Shown here in pieces: positions 54,695-64,000 of a stretch of DNA of 64,000 nucleotides. Position numbers and translations under genes: made by a program. The stretch comes from Octopus vulgaris (Eukaryota): positions 83,576,001-83,640,000 of the forward strand of contig OX597825.1 in the NCBI GenBank assembly GCA_951406725.2. Reading direction: 5' to 3'. The notes under the pieces are model-generated. The model had not been told where the DNA came from. It saw only the letters and a list, made by a program, of their open reading frames with translations, and ran no database searches. The number at the start of each line of letters is the position of its first letter. Within the stretch, counting starts at the first letter, position 1.

Positions 54695-56230
54695 GTATAA
54701 ATATATCTATATTCACATATATATGTATGAATATATTTATATATGTATGCATATATATAAATGAATTTATATTTATACATATATGTATGTATATATATAT
54801 ATGTTTATATATATATACTTATATATATACATATATGTATATATATATTTATGTACATATTCGTATATAGATGCGTGTGTGTGGATGTATATGTTTACAT
54901 ATAGATCTACATAAACGCAGACATATACGCATAAGTGTTAGCGCAGACACACAAACACACACGAAGCACACATACTCATGTATGCATGTATTTATGTATG
55001 CACATATGAACAGGCTGTGTCTGGAATCACATTAGTTTTGTAGATTACGTGGGTGGAATCAGCAAAGCAGAACCTATTCGTCTCGCAGCATTCTCCACGG
55101 GAGAATATGATTTCATTATGGTTGCAGAATCTGATTAACCCTTATTTACGTGGTGTTTGTAAAGTGATAAACACTGCATTGGAATCAATGCAAATATGTG
55201 CTAATCCGTAACGGTTCATTGGGCCGCCATTGCATGCTTCGTTAATCGAAATACAGTAAGCACTGCAGAATATACATTTTCGATTTAATGTCTAAAAGTG
55301 GCTCCTATATGGCTCTTTGTGGAGCTAGAAATAATAGAAATATCTTGCTCAAAGTGGAGATTATTAATTAAAAAATATGAAAGCCATAGGTTTCATAAAT
55401 ATCACCATAGTTATATTATTTAGGAAGATATAGAGGTCAGCCATTGCTGGAATACTTTTGATCGTACACCTGCTCGATCAGTCCAGACTGATAATCACGA
55501 CCATAACAACAGCACCTTGTATCAGGTAGTTCATGATACCTGCATAGAATTAATGGAACCTTATTTGTACGTGTGTACCTATGTATAGAATGACCAAACA
55601 CCAGCATACGCCTGTCTTCGTCTTCTGTTTTTTCTATAAATTTCAAGTATATATATATATATATATATAAACTGATATATAAATAGATAGATAGGTACAT
55701 AGGTAATACGGACAGGCAAGCACAATCACACATACACACACACATACACAGAGGAACACTATAAAATGGTAAAACTTAAATTCTTTTCCCCAAGATCTTA
55801 GACCCCACTTGGGGTAAAACATCCTGACCAACTAACCGGCAGAACAATTTTTTCTTCCTCCCTCTCTCCCTCTTCTCCTTTCCCCTCTTTTTCTTTAACA
55901 CACCTTCCAAATACAAAAACACACAAACACACATGCTCTCTCTCTCACTAACTCTCTCCCCATTCATCACCTTCCCGTACTATCTTATATCCCTCCCCAC
56001 GACAACACACTCAATAACACCATAAAATAGTCAAAACGTTTTTCACAGGAACTTAGTTCGATTTGAAAACCCCATTAGAATGGGAGAAAGCGCTATTATA
56101 TGATCTAAGTTATATGATGTATAAACACATGTAATGTACAAATAAATATATGTAAATATAAAACCATCTGAATTTCTGAGTACCTCATTTCTTCTAATAT
56201 AAAATATCTGTACACATCATCTCCAAACCT

Positions 56231-56273
<43 letters not shown>

Positions 56274-56275
56274 TA

Positions 56276-56690
56276 CAGGGTGTCCACAAAAACACTCCCT
56301 GCTTTCACGATGTTATGATATTTAAACTAATTCAAGGATATTGATAAACATTTTGTGAACTGATTCTATGTATTTGTTTTTTTTTTTTCATTTTTTTCAG
56401 GTGATTAGACATCTTTGACCTGAAAGCCACAGGGATTCAATGAAATCTAAAAATGGCTGCCACTCCACAGCAACGCTGCTGATGTGCACTGGAATTTGCA
56501 AGATCAAATAGCGCTGTGGCCATGCAACGTGCTTTCAGACTCAAGTGTTCTGCAAGTGGCCTGCAAGGTCACTGGATATAACTTTTTGTGACTTCTTTCT
56601 TTGTTGGTATATGAAGAGCACGGTTTATGTACCACTACTACCTGCGACTTCAAAGTTTAAATGAAATATATTTCAAAAGATGTGTATTGG
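56276..56690 (+). mobile_element. Internally deleted Tc1/mariner (DUF4817-type N-terminus) remnant
   Basis: TA|CAGGGTG terminus. MAATPQQRC*CALEFARSNSAVAMQRAFRLK is joined to WPARSLDITFCDFFLCWYMKSTVY (WPPRSPDLTPCDF motif). Confidence 0.8.
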
Positions 56691-57534
56691 AATAGCTTAG
56701 ATTTTTCTCGGTGTATAGGGCTGGGCTAGCATTCATGCATGTTTCTCTGACAGAACACATACTGGAATTGACACATCGCTTCCCTGGCACTGGAAACCAG
56801 TTCCACCATATCGAATGCCACGAATTCCCACCACCAGAAGCCGATCATATCAGGCTGGGTTGAGGTTAAATCGCATAGAACCGAAATAGACTACATTAAG
56901 TGCTCCTACAATTTCCTAAAGAAATACCAGTAATCCACCACCCCGTTGTAATCTATTTATCAATTCCACAAGGGCGAAAGCTGATTATGAACTCATCAGA
57001 ATTTGAACGTATAGCTTATCCGAGCTTGTAATAACACTAGTTATATTCCACCAAACCAGCAAAAACTTACAGTAACAATTCGCAATTGAAGATTATTGAT
57101 ATATCGAATATGATACGTGTTCAAAATGATATTCTCAAAGAATAACGGAATATTACTAATTGGCAGATGTCCACCATCAATAGAATTTGGTGAGGGGTGA
57201 CTGGGAGGCAACTGTCTACACATGGATTTCCAATACTATTAAAACATATATTTCTCTTAATAGAATATTATTTTAGGAAGCAAGTCTTGATTTTCTGTAA
57301 AAACAAAGTCGATATTTGTTTCATAAATATTTGGAAAGTAAGATATGAAACGATTGTTGGCACGGTGAATTATATTGAAATTATTTTTTCGTGATATATA
57401 AATACCGAAGTGGACTTTAAGAGAACTTTTACAAATTAAACGTTCAATGTGTGTGAAATTAACGTTTCTGTGTATTGCGATACTACCATACTACCGTTCA
57501 GTCACACACTCACAAACAGAAGCACGCACACACA

Positions 57535-58050
<516 letters not shown>

Positions 58051-58449
58051 AAAAAAAGAGTATATATATATATATATATAGTGTAGAGTTCCGTAATAGT
58101 AAGATTTTTTAAAATTGACTCCATCTGGTGAGAGATAAATATTATTTAATAAACACAAAACATATATTGTTTATGAGCTATTATTAGTTTCATGCGATGA
58201 AAAACCTCTCTGATGTTATATTCTTACACGTAAGAGCTCCACGCATTGGGATTCATATTTTGCGCGCGCGCGTGTGTGTGTGTGTTTGTGCGCGGGTGTG
58301 TGGGTACGCACTTGTGTATGTGTTCAAAGTATTCCCCATTTGAAGCAGCGCATGTGTCCAGATGCATTTTCTACTATTCTAAGCAGTACTCGAACTCTTG
58401 CAAAAGAATGCCTGTCGTTTTATTCTTCACCCCCCATACATCTGCAAAC

Positions 58450-59099
58450 TCTGTAGCACCAGCTTTCGTCTCCAGTAACGCCCTTCGAAACAAGGTCCGG
58501 ATCAACTTCTCCCTGTTCTTTCAGTTCACGGGGCGCATTCAGTCCTCACTGCTTTTGATCTCCCATAAACAAGCGAGGCACAAATTTTGTCGCATTCTTT
58601 TCATTCGCCATTCCCCTCTCAAAATTCGTTAGCAGGACCTCCAAGACACACCAATCGTACCAACAAGGTTCTCAATTATTTCACTGACCGTTCTCACTGA
58701 TTAGTTCATGAATTTTCATGTTTCCATACGTTCGAGAGGTCGATGGTCGCCCTGAACGAGTTTGGTCTTCAAGTAACAAGTGACCATTGCAATAACCACT
58801 CGTAAACTTGTGCTCCTGCTCATGGTAGCGTCCTTGTAAGCTGTTTGAAGCATGACAACTGTTTCGGCTGCCATTTACCTCAGCAGAAAACATAATTTCA
58901 CAGACGTACATTGTCCCTTCGTTTCACATCGCAAATTTCGGAGAACAGAAGAGAAACACTACAAGACAAAGATGTACGACATGGAAGTACAACTACACCT
59001 GAAGACGTCGGTCGGCAGACCAATACCGGAGGGTCGCACCAAGTGGCTTCGAGCAGCGGAAACCTGAACTAAAACGAGCTTGTACTTTTGGGTACCTCG
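58450..59099 (-). mobile_element. mariner element 5' half (TIR, HTH region, first catalytic D), degraded
   Basis: Minus strand TA|CGAGGTACCCAAAAG terminus. Fragments AAETVVMLQTAYKD, LEDQTRSGRPSTS, KFVPRL and VTGDESW. Confidence 0.85.
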
Positions 59100-60048
59100 T
59101 ATTTGTGTGTGTGTGAGCGCATGTGTGTGGGTGCATGCGCGCGCACGAGTGTGTGTGTGTGTGCGTGTGTGTGTATGTGTGGATAAGTGTGGATAAGAGT
59201 GTCCTTAAATGTCTCACCAAAATAAATGCATAGCTGCACGCTAGAACGCTTTTAGAAACGATATTAGATTCAAGCTGCTTAATATATGCCTCAATCATGG
59301 TGAGGTTATTTTGAAAAAGTACGCTGACAAACTATAATAGTCTAAAGTAGCCATTTGAAAGAAACTGAACAATGCAAAACTAGGCTCTTCAACATACTAA
59401 GCGAGAATAGTTCTGACAATATTTATATACTCTCTGCAGGCGTTCGCAATTTGTTGCTGCTACTAAATTGAGATTGTTCCGCCTACAATATCGAATTCTC
59501 ACTTAAACGATATTGAAAATGTCTTGGACACGAACGAAAATTTAAGAAAGTATGTCGTAGATATATCATGTGACAGGAAGATATTTTTTGACCTCTTTTA
59601 GCAAAGATTGAAGTGAATATGAAATATATGAATATCGGGAATAATGTACGTTGGGCAGTAATCGTTTGTTAAGTTTGTCGTTGCTTAGCGTCTTTCTAAG
59701 ATCAAGTCGGTAAACAGAGAAAGGACACGTTATGCAGAACATTGTTGGAAAAATAGAAATGAAATATTCAGAGATCTCCTTCTCTGTAAACCCCCGCACA
59801 TCATACAAGCATCAGAAGAGCAAGGAACAGCATATATCGATCAACTTGTGGAAGATATTAGATATTTGGTTGGGGATGTGCAAACTGCTATGAAGTATAG
59901 GGACATCTAGGGTGGAAAGATTTCATTGGTTCCGACAAGTCGACCGAGCGGATACTCAGACAGATAGACAGGCAGGCAGGCAGCCAGACAGACAGAGAGA
60001 GACGGACAGAGATAGACAGACAGACAGACAGTCAGACAGATAGAGATT

Positions 60049-60086
<38 letters not shown>

Positions 60087-60091
60087 CAGAC

Positions 60092-60166
<75 letters not shown>

Positions 60167-60414
60167 CAGATAGATATGTTTCTTTATTAGCCACACAGAT
60201 ACATACATACATACATACATAAATATACCGACTGATTGATGGATTGATTGATTGATTGATTGATTGATAGGCTTCTGAAAATGACTACACTGCCTAACAA
60301 TTTTGTAATTGAAAGGGTTTCAAGTCGCATAAGGGCAGTAATTATTCCTCTCACAATGAGGTGTCAAATATACTTCATGGCGTCGAGCAGCTACTGTTTA
60401 TACCACGGTAAGAG

Positions 60415-60483
<69 letters not shown>

Positions 60484-60485
<2 letters not shown>

Positions 60486-60629
60486 CTCGAAACGTTAAAG
60501 ATTTGTTTTATTTATATTTCCTGAGCGCCATACTAATACAATTGTTTGTTTGTATTCCACCTGCCTTCGTCTTTTCTTCTATTTCCGTAAACCTGCTTCG
60601 TCTTTTGTCTATTTTCATAAAGCTTCCCG

Positions 60630-60631
<2 letters not shown>
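60484..60631 (+). repeat. Penelope-derived repeat fragment bounded by (TA)n on both sides
   Basis: Starts GGCTCGAAACGTTAAAG (hammerhead 3' half with palindromic AACGTT). Homologous to 27031-27181 and more weakly to about 23520-23640. Confidence 0.6.
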
Positions 60632-60665
<34 letters not shown>

Positions 60666-60725
60666 GAGAAATTGTACAAAATATTTAAATCGATGATGAG
60701 TAAAGCACCGACACAGTTTCGATTA

Positions 60726-60773
<48 letters not shown>

Positions 60774-60888
60774 TGTAATGTACTGTTCCACGATAGAAAA
60801 TTCAACAAAAAAGTACTTCATCTGGTGAGAGATAAGTATTGTTTGTATTATATATATATATATAGCCAACATATTGGCCATACTTAAT

Positions 60889-61280
60889 GGAATGGAAGCA
60901 CTCCGTCGGTTACGACGATGAGGGTTCCGGTTGATCCGAATCAACGGAACAGCCTGCTCGTGAAATTAACGTGTAAGTGGCTGAGCACTCCACAGACACG
61001 TGTACCCTTAACGTAGTTCTCGGGGATATTCAGCGTGACACAGAGAGTGACAAGGCCGGCCCCTTGAAATACAGGTACAACAGAAACAGGAAGTAAGACT
61101 GAGAGAAAGTTGTGGTGAAAGAGTACAGCAGGGAACACCACCATCCCCTGCCGGAGCCTCGTGGAGCTTTTTTAGGTGTTTTCGCTCAATAAACACTCAC
61201 AACTCCCGGTCTGGGAATCGAAACCGCGATCCTATGACCGCGAGTCCGCTGCCCTAACCACTGGGCCATTGCGCCTCCAC
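60889..61280 (-). mobile_element. tRNA-derived SINE family C, full length with TSD
   Basis: Minus strand GTGGAGGCGCAATGGCCCAGTGGTTAG (A box), GTTTCGATTCCC (B box), tail GTCGTAACCGACGGAGTGCTTCCATTCC. 9-bp TSD ATACTTAAT at 60880-60888 and 61283-61291. Confidence 0.9.
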
Positions 61281-62546
61281 CTATACTTAATATGTATATG
61301 ATCAACCATGATATTGCGTATAAAAATCTACAACCAAAGAAAGATCTCTGGATAAACCAAGCAAATGTTCTTCAAATCACTCCCTGGAGGTCGTTTGAAG
61401 TTGAAACATTGGATAATATAGTCCTAGATTTAATGTTTTCACCAGACGGAAAGGTCAAGCTGGGGCAATTTTGATCACAGCTCTGCTGGATCAGAACTGG
61501 CTGGGAACCTAACGACAGCATATGTTCGCGCACAATAATCGATCGTATATATATTCCAGCTATATTTAATACTCAAAATCTTTGCCAAATTCTCAACATA
61601 TTTTAACTGCAATGTTGCAGCCTCTTTACGATTCATCACGTCATTGGTGTTTGATGTAGGATGTATTTTGTATTTTTGCTGTTTTTATTATATGTTTTTT
61701 TTAGTAATGCATGATCTTACCACGTGACATCGACATGACATGTGAGAAAATTGATTTCATAAGAGAGTATGGTATGCGTTTCTAGTATGGAATTCTTCAT
61801 AATTTATATTTACAAGATGAGGTACATGTTGACCAATTTGTCCTACAAGGAATAGTAGCCACAACGCCCTCAAGTTAAAAACTAGTATCTTACATAGCAA
61901 TAGAACACCCTGGAAAATATAGTTCTAGATTGACAGTGCCTTTACTAGCAGCAGTACTAAGCGGGAAGGGCTGGCTGAACCCAATTTACGCTTTTACGTG
62001 TCCCCACTTTGGGTGCGCATGTTAGGAAGCTTGTTAGGAAGCAAGATACTTAATACACTGTTCCATTTCTACCTATATTATTCCCTTTCTATTTTGTTGT
62101 TAATTGCCACAACTATCTTCAAAGGAATTCCAGCAAATATCATTGTCTTTCTTTTATGGTAATGGTATAGTTAGGTTGTGTCTCACCCGGGATAGCCCTT
62201 CGACTTGCTGGCCTGTTCAGGACACTAAGCCTACACAGGTATACACAGCAGACCCAAAAGGGGGCTCCCATAAAAACGTCATTTGGGTTAAAACATCGCT
62301 TCTCCCCTAGCACCGTTATATATATATATATATATAAATATATAAATAGATGAGTGCATTTTTACCTTGTTAACAGTTAACACGGAAAAAATAAATAAAT
62401 AGTTACCAGGGTAGCAAAATTCTCACAAGTAAAGATGTTGTAACTCCTTGTTTATAAAGGTAGAAACGTCGTGTTTACGTGAAATATTTTCAATAATATA
62501 TGAATAATTAAATGGAGTTTAACGCAGGTGTAAATCAAATATTTTT

Positions 62547-62632
62547 ACTTTCGACACATGTTTCGAAAATTCCACTGATACTATTCAAAAGAATAAATGG
62601 TATAAACAATGCAATCTTCTCTTCAGGAAAGT
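62547..62632 (-). ncRNA. Type-I hammerhead ribozyme, intact core (mirror copy)
   Basis: Reverse complement of 62730-62815, with identical core and stems. Confidence 0.8.
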
Positions 62633-62729
62633 GAAAAAAACGGAATTAATATTAATAGCGTTCTGTCAATCGCTATACAAATCCATCATTTTTTGCTAAA
62701 ATATCTTATTGACGAGTTTCGGTTTTATC

Positions 62730-62815
62730 ACTTTCCTGAAGAGAAGATTGCATTGTTTATACCATTCATTCTTTTGAATAGTATCAGTGGAATTTTCGAA
62801 ACATGTGTCGAAAGT
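62730..62815 (+). ncRNA. Type-I hammerhead ribozyme, intact core
   Basis: ACTTTC-CTGAAGA-GAAGATT..AATTTTC-GAAA-CATGTG-TC-GAAAGT: 6-bp stem I, 7-bp stem II with G10.1-C11.1, GUC site at 62807-62809. Confidence 0.8.
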
Positions 62816-62876
62816 AAAAATATTTGATTTACACCTGCGTTAAACTCCATTTATTTATTCATATATACATAAATAA

Positions 62877-62915
<39 letters not shown>

Positions 62916-63578
62916 TGTATGCATGTTTGTATGTAGTCATGTATGTATATATATGTGTGTGTGTTTTTTGTCCTATGGCTAAGCAACATCAGCAAGGAAG
63001 GACACATTAGATGACATAGTCCAAGATACACTATCCCTGAATAAATCACAAGGTAGTTACAATCGAAGCACGTTTCATCGTAGGTCAGTCGTGGCACAGT
63101 AAATCTAGGACTATATTTTCCAATGTATTATATTGCTATGTAATATACTAGTTCGTGACTACTATATACAATGCAGTTAGTTGATTCACAACACGTACGA
63201 ACCCACAAAAATGCAAAGGATATCGGCCCAAACAAACATAACTCCGCAAATGCAATGAATACTCGCCCCCGCAAATGCAAACCATGCAAAGGCAATTCCC
63301 ACACACATACAAAAGCGCAACCAATACAGGCCCTAACAAATGCTACACCTACACATCCATTCATACATACGTCATTTATACAAAATTACTAAGTTGAAGG
63401 AAAATCACTCCAACTCGGTCGAAAGCCCCATACAACCACGCTAAGATGGCGCCTAAATATATTTATATCCTCTAAGTGGAATCTTCCAATTCTCAAGTAT
63501 TTATCTTCCGAAGATTTCCGGCCTTGATGAAATATTTTGGTCTCGCTGCGTAAGGAACCATACAATACCGGCAATAGT

Positions 63579-63652
<74 letters not shown>

Positions 63653-63743
63653 GCACGCAACCATAGACATCGCATCTAGATATATATTTCACAAACATAT
63701 ATAGTTACAAACATGTATATTCAGAGATACATTTATGTATATA

Positions 63744-63808
<65 letters not shown>

Positions 63809-63934
63809 TATATACACATATATATATATATATACATATATATACACACACACACATATATGTATATGTATCCACAAAAACGTACTTTTGACTTCGCTTT
63901 TACATTTGCAGAAATCGATAGCCAGGTAAAATAT

Positions 63935-63968
<34 letters not shown>

Positions 63969-64000
63969 CTATACATGTACGTATGTACGTATATATATAT

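Larger units (their letters stand above)
62496..62866. repeat. Near-perfect ~140-150-bp inverted repeat (Penelope pLTR-like)
   Basis: 62496-62634 is the reverse complement of 62728-62866 with about 2 mismatches. Confidence 0.92.

Noticed and set aside
58205-58236. CTCT-CTGATG..ACACGTA-AGAG hammerhead remnant
   Set aside because: Stem I pairs, but GAAA and stem II are absent; too degraded to call.

Overview
AT-rich eukaryotic intergenic or intronic DNA, saturated with (TA)n, (CA)n, (AAT)n and (GATA)n microsatellites. The SINE families and repeat landscape resemble octopus (coleoid cephalopod) genomes; this is inference, not verified. I found no credible host protein-coding exon, and nearly all ORFs in the track are microsatellite translations. 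Recognisable content: a full-span but disrupted RTE-clade LINE with TSD (39423-42553, minus), a 3' fragment of a HERO-like restriction-endonuclease-like (REL) LINE (47020-47910), two further RTE 3' remnants, several Tc1/mariner/maT and Tigger remnants, a Helitron 3' end, and many tRNA-derived SINEs of at least three families. The most notable signal is RNA structure. About ten Penelope-type minimal hammerhead motifs are present, including an inverted pair with intact cores. A TSD-flanked unit joins a tRNA-like head to a hammerhead-like tail, and the RTE 5' end carries an HDV-like fold. The strongest candidate for novelty is in the HERO 3' UTR (47741-47852), where a complete hammerhead catalytic core lies in a strand-permuted, pseudoknotted arrangement. 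All structures were paired by eye and none has been tested.
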